DNA from: Eledone cirrhosa
Lineage: Eukaryota
DNA length: 64,000 nt
Direction: 5' to 3'
Assembly (NCBI GenBank): GCA_964016885.1
Contig: OZ024742.1
Span: forward strand, 364,312,001-364,376,000
Part shown: positions 14,356 through 25,566 of the stretch, piece after piece
How positions within the stretch are numbered: position 1 is the first letter of the stretch
How the letters are laid out: each line of letters starts with the position of its first letter
Notes under the pieces: model-generated
The model's input: the letters and a program-made list of their open reading frames with translations, nothing else
Told to the model about the DNA's origin: nothing
The model's database searches: none
Made by a program: the position numbers and the translations under genes

Positions 14356-17300
14356 GATAGCAACTAACAGTGCTGCGATCGAATGTGGCTTTTTAGCCCA
14401 GCCAATGATCCAAAATGTCTTGCACAGATTCGGCAACCAAAACATTTACTGGGAATAGTCGGCTGTGGTTGGAGTTCGTGTACTTTTGCATGTCGCTTGA
14501 GTCCTCCTGCTGATTTACATTCTCTACCACATGTTTGGCAAGCATGATGAGTAGCATCTCCAACAGCAGCCTGGTAGTCAACCACTGGTCTTACTTTATG
14601 ACTGCGAAGATGACTTTCGAGTCCAGCTTTGCTTAGGCAGAGTCTCGCACAGACGCCGCATGTCAGAAACATAGGAGGACCCTCGCCGTCTGGAAGTGCA
14701 ACAGCAATACCCTTCCTCACGTCCCGCTTTACTTTCTCGTGTGCGATTCGAGATGCCTCAAAGGCAACTTTTCCCTCATATACAGTCTTTCTCCATTTAT
14801 TACGATCAGCAGCAATATTTTCCCATGTATCAGCAGAGATGTTAGCGTCTCTCAGAGAGGCCTTCAAGGAATCCTTATACCTCTTTTTTGGTTTATGTGG
14901 CGGTCGTTTTCCTTTAACCAACTCTCCATAGAAGAGTTGTTTTGGTATTCTAGAATCCTTCATCCTGGCAAGGTGACCACTCCAACGGAGTCGCTGCTTA
15001 AGCACAAGAGCTTCTATACTGTCACACATAGAGCTTTCCAAAATCTCGACATCACTGATGTGGTCCCTCCAGCGAACGCCATGTATCCGTCTGAGACACA
15101 TCTGATGGAAACGCTCCAATTGCTTAAGGTGGCGTCGATATGTGACCCAGGTCTCGCAGGCATAAAGAAGACAAGAGAGTACACATGCCCTGTACACCTT
15201 TACCTTTGTCCTCCTGCATATGTCTCGCCGACCCCAGAGTCGCCTTTCTAGCTTTCCGAAAGCATCACTTGCTTTCCTAATCCTAAGTGAGATTTCACTG
15301 TCAAGGCTGCCGTATCGATTGACAGTGCTTCCCAGGTAGACAAACTGATCAACCACTCCAAGTCGTTTGCCATACACATAGATGTTTGGTTCAGTGTACT
15401 GCCCACCAGGTGCAGGTTGGTACATGACGACGGTTTTCTTGAGACTGACAGTCAAACCCAGGGCAGTGCAAGCGTCAGAAAATACATTCAAAATGTGCTG
15501 CATATCACTCTCTGTGTGCGCTACAAGATCGCAATCATCTGCATACAAGAGGTCTCTTATGACTGATGTAAATACTTTTGTCTTCGCAGCAAAGCGCCTG
15601 ATGTTAAATATGCTGCCTGAGGTTCGATATCGGATGTAAACACCATGCTCGCAATTCCTGAATGCAATACAGAAAACCATTGCAAAGTATATGGCAAACA
15701 GGGTCGGTGCTGGAATATCCCCCTGTTTCACTCCATTTTTTACTGAGATAGGCTCCGACATGTTACCTCCGACATTAACCCAAGCCTTCATGTCGTCATG
15801 GAAAGACCTAACTAAAGCAAGGAACTTATCAGGGCAACCAAGTTTCTGGAGAACCTTCCATAATGCATCTCTGTTGACAGTATCGAAAGCCTTTGTCAGA
15901 TCGACAAAAACCTGATACAGATCCAAGCCCTGTTCAATGCACTTCTCCTGGAGCTGTCTAGCTGAGAAGATCATATCAGTAGTGCCGCGTCCAACACGAA
16001 AACCAGATTGACTTTCAGGAAGGACACAATCTGCAATGTGTGTCAGCAGACGGTCCAGAAGCACCCTACATAAAACTTTCCCCACGACAGAAAGCAATGA
16101 TATACCTCTGTAGTTCCCACAATCATTCCTGTTACCCTTTCCCTTGTACAAGACCACCATTACTGCATCTCTCCAGTCCTCAGGCACGGATTCATTAGCC
16201 CATATCCTTCCAAACAGAGAGTGAAGATGTTGCAGGAGTCTCTCACCACCATATTGTAGGAGCTCAGCATGTATGCCATCCATACCTGGAGATCTTCCAC
16301 TGTTCAGCTTCGAAATAGCCACTGCAACCTCCACAAGTGTCGGAGGCTCTGCGAGAGCTACTTTCACAGGACTTTCCGGAATGAGATTGAGGAAATCTTC
16401 ACTGACGACAGACGGCTGATTCAAAAGATCATCAAAGTGCTCCCGCCACCTTCGTAGAATTCCCTGTGAGTCACGAAGAAGTTCTTTGCCATCCCTGCTG
16501 CGAATCGGTGTCACCAGAGAAGAAGACGGTCCATAAACCTCACGCAAGAGACTGTACAACAGCTTTGTGTTATTGCAATCAGACGCAGTTTGTATCTCAC
16601 CAGCCTTCTCACTCCACCACTGATCCTTCATCTGAGAAAGACTCCGCCTAACACGTGATTTTACATCCCTGAGCTCCTCATGCAACGTATTCCTCTCCTG
16701 TGGTCTTGCCGTCAAGTAGCGTGACAGAGCGCGCCTCTTATCAGCCAACAAGTCATCTATATGCACATCTTTCTCATTAAACCAGTCCTGATGTTTTCTC
16801 TGCACCAATCCCAGAACACGTCTGCCTACATCATAAACCGACTTTTTAAGGGTCGGCCAATCCTCACCAAGATCTGCAGCCTGCATCTCTTCTTCCAATG
16901 TCCTCTTCACATTTTTATCCTTAAGACGAGCAGCATTCAATCTTTTGGGCAGGGTAACACCAGGAGCCCGGATTTTACGTTTGGTGATTAGATTCACTTT
17001 TGCGCGTACCAGGCGGTGGTCCGTCCAGCACTCAGCTCCACGAAGAACACGAACACACCGCACATCCTGTCTGTCACGCATCCTGACTAGGACGTAGTCC
17101 AAAAGATGCCATTCCTTAGATGCAGGATGCATCCATGTGGTCTTGAATTTGTTCTTTTGTTGGAACATGGTGTTGGTAACACACAGATCCAGCTCCTCAC
17201 ACATCTGCAGCAAGAGCATACCATTGCTGTTACACTTTCCCACCCCATGCCTTCCGATTACATTCCATGTGTTAAAATCCCTACCCACTCTAGCATTAAA

Positions 17301-17934
17301 GTCACCAAGCACGATGACTTTGTCTGCCTGAGGGATATTTCTTAAAACACCTTTCAAGGCATGGTAAAAGGACAGTTTTTCTTCATCGACAGAATTCATA
17401 GTTGGAGCATACACACTCACCAGGGTAGCATATCTTCCCTTGTCCAGCGGAACTCTCATGGACATAAGACGCTCACTAATCCCCACTGGGAATTCTTCCA
17501 ATTTATTCACCAGTACAGTCTTAACAGCAAATCCTACCCCAGCCTCTCTTCTGGTTCCTTCATCTCTTCCTTTCCAGAAGAATGTATATTCTCCACAAAA
17601 TTCCGTAAGATGACCATCTCCAGCTAACCTCGTCTCAGACAAAGCCACGATGTCAAGATCGTAACGTCGAAGCTCCTTCGCAACAAGAGCGGTCCTTCGT
17701 TCAGGACGCTCCAAAGAATCCCTGTCAAGCAGCGTCCGTACGTTCCAGCAGCCAAGACTAAATGCCCTGTTTGGCTCTATTACAATGGCACGATGACGGG
17801 CGGGCCCAGGTTGTGATAACTTGGGGCCCCTGCCCTTATTGCCAATGATCTTTTTTGTTCCAGAACCCAAATTGGCAATTATCTCGTTTACATTGTTCTG
17901 GAACATCATTGAATTTGAAAAAAAAAAAAGGGAG

Positions 17935-17965
<31 letters not shown>

Positions 17966-17970
17966 TAATA

Positions 17971-18010
<40 letters not shown>

Positions 18011-18310
18011 ACTATTAATAATTATTAATGCACTCGTGCAATGCCTGTGCGTGACGAATATTTTTAAAGTGAGGAAAGACTGTGCACTGAACCAATCCCA
18101 CTCTCTGTGCGACAGTAGCTATAACCCGAAAAGAAGAAAAGATCAACATCATCGGTAACTACTGAGCCGCAGGTTTTATATCGGAGTTAACCCAGTTTCC
18201 TGAGATGCCTTCTCCTAGAAGAATACCCTGACATGGGCTAGGGGTTCTTCACTCCCAGTGGTTTAACTGCGCGATCGGGCATCCAGCCCGATTATTTCTA
18301 TGTCCCCGCG
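14125..18310 (-). mobile_element. Near-full-length RTE-clade LINE with intact ORF
   Basis: 5'UTR 17910-18310, single ORF, microsatellite-containing 3'UTR, (TATG)n tail. Confidence 0.95.
14364..17909 (-). CDS. RTE LINE polyprotein: APE endonuclease, reverse transcriptase, three C-terminal C2H2 zinc fingers (1181 aa)
   Basis: GCWNVRTL, ALSETR, LGDFNARVG, TDH (APE); FVDLTKAFDTV, GVKQG, LYADD (RT); CGVC..HLRSH, CQTC..HAKVH, CRIC..HIRSQH; no stop codons. Confidence 0.97.
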   Translation of the reverse strand: MMFQNNVNEIIANLGSGTKKIIGNKGRGPKLSQPGPARHRAIVIEPNRAFSLGCWNVRTLLDRDSLERPERRTALVAKELRRYDLDIVALSETRLAGDGHLTEFCGEYTFFWKGRDEGTRREAGVGFAVKTVLVNKLEEFPVGISERLMSMRVPLDKGRYATLVSVYAPTMNSVDEEKLSFYHALKGVLRNIPQADKVIVLGDFNARVGRDFNTWNVIGRHGVGKCNSNGMLLLQMCEELDLCVTNTMFQQKNKFKTTWMHPASKEWHLLDYVLVRMRDRQDVRCVRVLRGAECWTDHRLVRAKVNLITKRKIRAPGVTLPKRLNAARLKDKNVKRTLEEEMQAADLGEDWPTLKKSVYDVGRRVLGLVQRKHQDWFNEKDVHIDDLLADKRRALSRYLTARPQERNTLHEELRDVKSRVRRSLSQMKDQWWSEKAGEIQTASDCNNTKLLYSLLREVYGPSSSLVTPIRSRDGKELLRDSQGILRRWREHFDDLLNQPSVVSEDFLNLIPESPVKVALAEPPTLVEVAVAISKLNSGRSPGMDGIHAELLQYGGERLLQHLHSLFGRIWANESVPEDWRDAVMVVLYKGKGNRNDCGNYRGISLLSVVGKVLCRVLLDRLLTHIADCVLPESQSGFRVGRGTTDMIFSARQLQEKCIEQGLDLYQVFVDLTKAFDTVNRDALWKVLQKLGCPDKFLALVRSFHDDMKAWVNVGGNMSEPISVKNGVKQGDIPAPTLFAIYFAMVFCIAFRNCEHGVYIRYRTSGSIFNIRRFAAKTKVFTSVIRDLLYADDCDLVAHTESDMQHILNVFSDACTALGLTVSLKKTVVMYQPAPGGQYTEPNIYVYGKRLGVVDQFVYLGSTVNRYGSLDSEISLRIRKASDAFGKLERRLWGRRDICRRTKVKVYRACVLSCLLYACETWVTYRRHLKQLERFHQMCLRRIHGVRWRDHISDVEILESSMCDSIEALVLKQRLRWSGHLARMKDSRIPKQLFYGELVKGKRPPHKPKKRYKDSLKASLRDANISADTWENIAADRNKWRKTVYEGKVAFEASRIAHEKVKRDVRKGIAVALPDGEGPPMFLTCGVCARLCLSKAGLESHLRSHKVRPVVDYQAAVGDATHHACQTCGRECKSAGGLKRHAKVHELQPQPTIPSKCFGCRICARHFGSLAGLKSHIRSQHC

Positions 18311-18832
18311 CAAAAAAAAAAAAAAAAACTCAAAATAACAAAACACACACACACACACACACACACACAACAGAACAACAACATCAACTGCCACCACCAC
18401 CACCACCGCCACCGCCGTCGCCATCACCATCACCAGCGACCTGGCCTTAAGAACAACTTTAATAATAATTTTTCTGCTTTTGGCACGGATCCAGCGACTG
18501 GCCAGCGCATCACTGGTACTCTCTTTTGTTGACTCCGTGGAGAGCCATAACTCTATGCTGTAAAGCAATTATAGTAATACTGGACTGTAATACGATCGGC
18601 TTCAACTATACAAACTCTTGAAAGTCAACAGTTGACATAATCTGGTAATCTTGTATCAGTAATGACGGTAATATATATATATATATGTGTGTGTGTGCGT
18701 GTAAGTGAGTAGAGTAGCGTGTGTGTGTGTTTGTTGTGTGTGTGAGTGTTGCTGTGTGCACGCATATGTATGCGTGTGTGTGTATGTCGTACGTATAAGT
18801 GACATACATACATACAATCATACATACATACA

Positions 18833-19223
18833 TATTATTGCGGCACTGGGGTATGTTAGTAACTGCCTCAATACAAATCTTGAGAAATTAGGCTTCACAG
18901 GAACAGAAAGAACACAACTAGTTAGGAAATTACAAGTACAATCCATTAATGGAACAGTAAAAATATGTAAAACATTCCAAAAATGTTGCATCTACTAACT
19001 GCATATACACATGTACAGATGCAAAGCATATACACATGCACACATACAACTCAAAACATACACATCCACACATACAATAACATCCATATCTACACATGTA
19101 TGCATACATACATATCTACCTAGTTGATGTTGTGTAAATTCCAATGAGACAGTATTGTGTCTATGTTAGAAACCGACTCTCTCTCTATTGGTAAAAATTT
19201 GTGAAATTAGAAAACCAGAAGAA
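18833..19223 (+). mobile_element. 5'-truncated R4/Dong family B fragment
   Basis: IIAALGYVSNCLNTNLEKLG..KICKTF plus a 3'UTR matching about 46216-46606. Confidence 0.9.
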
Positions 19224-19235
19224 CATACATACATA

Positions 19236-19731
19236 CATGATGGCTGCCCCCTCGTTACCGAGTATGGCCATTGCACGATATACCATTATTAATAATTATT
19301 AATTAATACTATCGTGCAATGCCTGTGCGTGAAGATATTTTTTAAAGTGAAGAAAGACTCTGCACTGAGCCAATCCCACTCTCTGGCAACAGTAGCTATA
19401 ACCCGAAAAGAAGAAAAGATCAACATCATCGGTAAGTACTGAGCCGCATGTTTTATATCGGAGTTATCCTAGTTTCCTGAGTTGCCTTCTCCTAGAAGAA
19501 TGCCCTGGCAAAGGCTAGGGGCCCTTCATTACGAGGGGTTCAACCGCGCGGTCGGGTGTCCAGCCCGGCTATTTCTATGTCTCCGCGCATATACATACAC
19601 ATGCACCCATGTATATACACATATACATATTTATGTACATGTGTATATATATATTTACACACTTTTGGATGGCCGTTGACTCTTATGAGTTCTTCCGTTT
19701 TTTGTCCTGCGGGGTGTCCAAAATCACCCTC
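19236..19731 (-). mobile_element. Bipartite non-autonomous derivative of the intact RTE family
   Basis: About 45 bp of the RTE 3' end (compare 14125-14170) joined directly to a 5'UTR similar to 18015-18310; the whole ORF is missing. Confidence 0.85.
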
Positions 19732-19739
19732 ATACATAG

Positions 19740-20348
19740 ATGGTGGCTGCCAACTCGTTTTCGAGTACGGCCACTACTTTATATCCATGTAGGAGAACCC
19801 TACCGATGCACTGAACGAGTGCGACGTTTTAGTCCAGCCAGCGATTTGAAAACTCTGGTACAAACACTACACTTTTGACAATTATTGACACATAGTGCTG
19901 GGCCCATGGTACCATGTGACGACAAGTGCAGAGAGATCTCCAGATATAAAGCAATGCCTGTGCCGTGAAGCTTTTATAGTGAGCAAAGGCACTGCACAAA
20001 GCCAGTCCCACTCTCTTAACCAAGATGATATTTACCAAAAAGAAGAACAAGTCAACATCATTGGATACCATCAGGGTTGCAGGTGTTATATCAGAGTTTT
20101 CCTTCTCCTAGAATTCTGCCTTGACAAAGGCTAAGGGGTCATCTCTCCCGGTGATTTTGGATGGCCATTGACTCTTAAGAGCTCCTTTGCCATTTGACAG
20201 GTTTTGTTTTTAGTCCTGCAGGATGTCCAAAGTCACCCTCCTCACCAAGAAACCTTGGTGGGATTGCCAGTTTAGTCGCCAACGACCCGACCATGAGACA
20301 GGTTGTACTGGGATACATGTTACCAGTAGCACCAACTGGTGACCTGAC
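19740..20348 (-). mobile_element. Bipartite RTE derivative, full copy
   Basis: Colinear with 12764-13373. Confidence 0.88.
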
Positions 20349-20376
20349 ATAGATACATACATACATACATAGTATA

Positions 20377-20613
20377 GTGGCTGCCAACTCGTTTTCGAGT
20401 ACGGCTACTACTTTATATCCATGTAGGAGAACCCCTACCGATGCGCTGAACAAGTGTGGCTTTTTAGTCCAGCCAGCGACTTGAAAACTCTGGTACAAAC
20501 ACTACACTTGTGACAATTATTGACACATTGTGCTAGGCCCATGGTACCATGTGATGACAAGTGCAGAGAGATCTCCAGATATAAAGCAATGCCTGTGCCG
20601 TGAAGCTTTTATA
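20377..20613 (-). mobile_element. Bipartite RTE derivative, 5'-truncated
   Basis: 3' portion only, flanked by ACAT repeats. Confidence 0.85.
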
Positions 20614-20653
20614 CATACATATATACATACATACATACATACATACATACATA

Positions 20654-21264
20654 CATGGTGGCTGCCAACTCGTTTTCGAGTACGGCCACTACTTTATATC
20701 CATGTAGGAGAACCCCTACCGATGCGCTGAACGAGTGTGACTTTTTAGTCCAGCCAGCGACTTGAAAACTCTGGTACAAACACTACACTTGTGACAATTA
20801 TTGACACATAGTGCTTTGCCTTTGGTACCATGTGACGACAAGTCCAGAGAGATCTCCAGATATAAAGCAATGCCTGTGCCGTGAAGCTTTTATAGTGAGC
20901 AAAGGCACTGCACAAAGCCAGTCCCACTCTCTTAACCAAGATGATATTTACCAAAAAGAAGAACAAGTCAACATCATTGGATACCATTAGGGTTGTAGGT
21001 GTTATATCAGAGTTTTCCTTCTCCTAGAATTCTGCCCTGACAATGGCTAAGGGGTCATCTCTCCCGGTGATTTTGGATGGCCATTGACTCTTAAGAGCTC
21101 CTTTGCCATTTGAAAGGTTTTGTTCTTAGTCCTGCAGGATGTCTTAAGTCACCCTCCTCACCAAAAAACCTTTGTGAGGTTGCCAGGTTAGTCGCCAACG
21201 ACCCGACCATAAGACAGCTTGTACTGGGATACATTTTACCAGTAGCACCAAGTGGTGACCTGAC
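20654..21264 (-). mobile_element. Bipartite RTE derivative, full copy
   Basis: Colinear with 12764-13373. Confidence 0.88.
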
Positions 21265-21338
21265 ATAAATACATACATACATACATACATACATACATAC
21301 ATACATACATACATACATACATACATACATACATACAT

Positions 21339-22000
21339 AGCTACAACAATGTGGAAGACATCCATGTACATAATATGAAAGAGTATTGGTGGAATGTTCC
21401 AGTAAAAACCCCAATAAAATGCAGGCATAACAGACCAGATAATATGATATGGGACAGGGAGAAGAAAACATGCACAGTAGTGGAAATTAGCTGCCCAGCA
21501 GATGCCAATATAATATCAGAGATTAGTGAAAAGGAGAATATTTATGCAGAACTGATGAGAAATCTGCAGATACTCCACCCTGATTACACCTTCAGATTTA
21601 TGCCTGTGATTATTGGGGCACTGGGATATGTTAGTAACTGCCTCAATACAAATCTTGAGAAGCTGGGTTTCACAGGAACAGAAAAAAGACAACTAGTTAG
21701 GAAATTACAAGTACAATCCATTAATGGAACAGTAAAAATATGTAAAACATTCCAAACATTTTGCATCTAATAACTGCATATACACATGTACAGATACAAA
21801 GCATATACACATGCACACATACAACTCAAAACGTACACATCCACACATACAATAACATCCATATCTACACATGCATGCATACAAACATAGCTACCTAGTT
21901 GATGTTGTGTTAATTCCAATGAGAGAGTCTTGTGTCTATGTTAGAAACCGACTCTCTCTCTCTATTGGTAAACATTTGTGAAATTATAAAACCAGAAGAA
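21339..22000 (+). mobile_element. 5'-truncated R4/Dong family B fragment (REL endonuclease domain)
   Basis: HNRPDNMIWD..VVEISCP..KENIY; 3'UTR as in 46378-46606. Confidence 0.92.
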
Positions 22001-22013
22001 CATACACACATAC

Positions 22014-22062
<49 letters not shown>

Positions 22063-22064
22063 TA

Positions 22065-25000
22065 CGAGGATTGCAGCGTCTTCACAGGCGATTGCCGTCT
22101 CTCATTGATTCTTCATTATCATCCTATCTGCATCCATGACTTCGTAGATGACTTTGTAGACCAACAGTAGATCTGCATGGTTTAAGACACATGGTGACAG
22201 AAGAGGGTTGTGGTTTCTACAGGATCAGTGGTCTCACATGTGGGATACAATCTTTATGTACCACCATGTGTCTGTTTAGTCCGGAACTAGTTCTACACAG
22301 TTTGTTGCATATCAAGCACGCTGTTTCCCCAGGTCTTTGTTGAATGGTATTGCAGGTAGTTATCCTTTCATGTGACTTCAGGTGATTAACATAACCAGCC
22401 TTTGAGAGGAGAAAACACTGATAGAAATTGCATCTCCCGCTACTGATGACTTCATCAAGACTGAGCACAACCCTTTCGTAGCTGACACTTCAGTTGTTTA
22501 TGTTCTAGACAACATTCCTCAAAAGTTTTGCAACTGCCCTTTATGCGTTTTCTCCCACTTAGCCATATTTAGAGCTATCTCCTCCCAGTTGTCTATATCA
22601 AATGCCAGCTCTTTGAGATTGTTCTTGATGCTGTCCCCGAACCTCATTTTCGGTTTGTGTTGAGGTCTTTTTCGAAGATGGAGCTCACCGTAAAACAGTT
22701 TCTTTGGGATCCTGCTTTGTTTCATGCGGATGATATGTCTTGTTCAGCGCATTTGAGAATATGTTACTTGGGACTCAAGGCTTGGACATTCTGTTTTGAT
22801 AAGGACATGGATGTCAGGAGTTCTGTCTCGCCACATGATGTTGAATATGTGCCTTAAACATTTCTGGTGAAATCGCTCAAGCAATTTGCCGTGTTTGTGG
22901 AATAGCGTCTATGTTTCGGCAGAGTATGAAAGAGCAGACAGAACATATCATCTATACACACACACCTTGGTATTGTTGGTAATGTTGCAATTTGCCCAAA
23001 CTATCTTTTCAATTTTTCCGAAGGAACAGAGGCCTTCTGGATGCGCAGATGTATTTCAACATTCCAAGTGCCATCACTTGACAATGTGCTACCCAAGTAG
23101 ACATATGTATCTACTACATCAACCATGATATTGGGTTCAGTATATGGTTCTCCAGGAGCAGAAGTAAACATTACTTTGGTTGTTTTAAGGCTGATTGTAA
23201 GCCCAAATGCTGTACACGAGGATGAGAAAAGATCAATGATGTGTTGTATGTTAGCTTCTGTGTGTGTTAGGAAGTTAGTTTTGTCGTAGTAAAGAAGGTC
23301 TCTGATCAAAGCTTGAATGGTTTTTGTCTAGACATTAAACCTTCTTAAGTTGAAAAACTTTTCAGTGGTTCTGAACCAGAAAATAATGACTCTGTCACAA
23401 TCATGGAAAGTATGTGTGAGCAAGGCAGCATACAGATGGAGAAAAGCGTAGGAGCAGGAATATCACCTTGTTTACCCCGTTGTTAATTGGAATTTCCCAA
23501 GATAATTGGTTATTGAAGGTAACACGAGCTTTCATATTTCTGTGCAGTTGCTTTAGCATACTCACTTGGGTGGATCCCAATTTTCCAAGTATTATCCAGA
23601 GTACATCTCTGTTAACTGTATCAAAAGCCTTTGTTAGGTCAACAAAGATTTGATATGCGGGGAACACACTACTCAATGGATTTCTCTTGTATTTGTCTTA
23701 CAGAGAAAATTGTCAACGGTTCCCCTTCCTCCTCTAAAACAACTCTGTGATTCTGGGATAGCTGTAGGACAGATATCCTCCTCCAGTCTGTTGAGCAAAC
23801 GTCTCGCGAGAACCTTGTCAACAGCTTCCAACAAAGTGATGCCACGGTAGTTTCCACATATTGATTTTTCAGCTTTGTCTTTGTATAATGATACCGTTGA
23901 TCCAGTCTTGCAGACCCGTAGTCCCATTCCAGTAATCAATGATGAAGTTGTTTATTGCTTCTGTTACATTATCATTACCGACTTTCAGCAGTTCCACTGA
24001 AATACCATATTGACCTGTTGCATTGCCAGAGTAAACCTACTTGACTGCCAGCTTTATTTCATCAGCAGAGGGAAGTCGATCCATAAGGTAGACTGTTTCA
24101 TATTGAGGAAGGTCCTCTATCACTCCAAAATTAACCGGTGATAGGTTGTCAAACAAGTCAGTAAAATGTTCCTCTCAACGCTGAAGGATTTTTGATGGCT
24201 CTTTGATGATGATATTGGCATTGTTCTTAGATCTCAGAAGAGTTACTGGGGATATTGGTGGGCCGAAGAGTTGGTGTATCAATGAGTATAATGACTTCGA
24301 ATCTTTAGTGTTAAAAGCATTTTGGATTACCGAAGAGATATTACTCCATCACTCATGTTGCATCCTGCGCAGTTCACGTTGCAGTGTTGCCTTGTGATCT
24401 TTGTAGTCTTTCCTGACAGTTGGTTGTGCTACAGGATTCTGATTCGGGGGCTTTTCATAGAGAGTGTGCTTGGTTCTCAGCAGCTGATTTATATTAGGAT
24501 TGTTGTCATAGAACCAGTCCTGGTGGTTCTTGGTTCTGAAGCCAGGTCCCCCAGCTCCCACTAAGTAAACTTGATCTCTAAAGTTTTTCCAGGTGCCATC
24601 AAAATCAAGACCATCAAGTCTTTCAGTTAGGGTTGCACGCACAACTGCTTGCTTCAGTTTGGTGACATTAATGCATTTCGGTGCTTTCACTCCACACATA
24701 CAAATTATTTTGCTGATACTAATCTTGAACTTTACTGGCACTAATTTATGGTCAGTGCCTCATTCTGCACTACGAAACACGCACTGTACACATCACTTAG
24801 ATTTCATTTACGAGTGATAATGAAATCAATTATGTGTCCACGCTTGGATCTTGGATGATATCAGGTACCTTTATATTTAAGCTTCTGACGGAAAAGTGTG
24901 TTGCAGGTGGTTAAGTTGAGTTCTGAGCAGAGTTCAAACAACCTCAGGCCGCTGGTGTTCATTTTACCAATACCAAATAGATCAAAGGTGCCCCACGTCT

Positions 25001-25345
25001 CGTGATCACTACTCACACGAGTATTAAAATCACCGAGAATTAATAAATTATCGCCAGCAGGTGTGCATGCAATAACAGCATGAAGAGATTCATAGAAATA
25101 ATCAAGGACCACCACGCTGGCTTTTAGGGTTGGTACAAAAACAGATAAAAGTGTTAAATAACGGCCATGTCTCAGAGGAATACGAAGCTTCATAATGCGA
25201 TCGGTTACACCCATAAGACATTCGATATGATCAAGCAGGGCTGTTCTAATGACGAAGCAACACATTTCTCCCTCGTTCAGATATGGGTTTACCTACCCCA
25301 AAAAGAAAGAAGCCTGATGCTACTTCTGTTAATGGATCTTCTCCG
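22065..25345 (-). mobile_element. Decayed RTE LINE, second family
   Basis: Fragmented ORFs: ILGDFNTRV, GNYRGITLL, FVDLTKAFDTV, RIPKKLFYGEL, CLICNKLCRTSSGLNRHMVVH; many frameshifts. Confidence 0.9.
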
Positions 25346-25566
25346 GTGGTGGTGGTGGTGGTGGTAGTGGCGGTGGTTGTGGTGGTGGTGGGTATGGTGG
25401 CAGCTGATGTTGTTGTTTGGCTTTTTATCGTTTTAATGCTGCTGTTATTGTTGTAGATATAGGTGAACGTGTTGGTTTTGATGTCGTTGTTGTTAATTAT
25501 ACATATATACACACATATATACATATATACATACATACATATATACATACATACATACATACATAC

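Noticed and set aside
14629-17627. Plus-strand ORFs overlapping the RTE
   Set aside because: Antisense shadows of the RTE coding frame.
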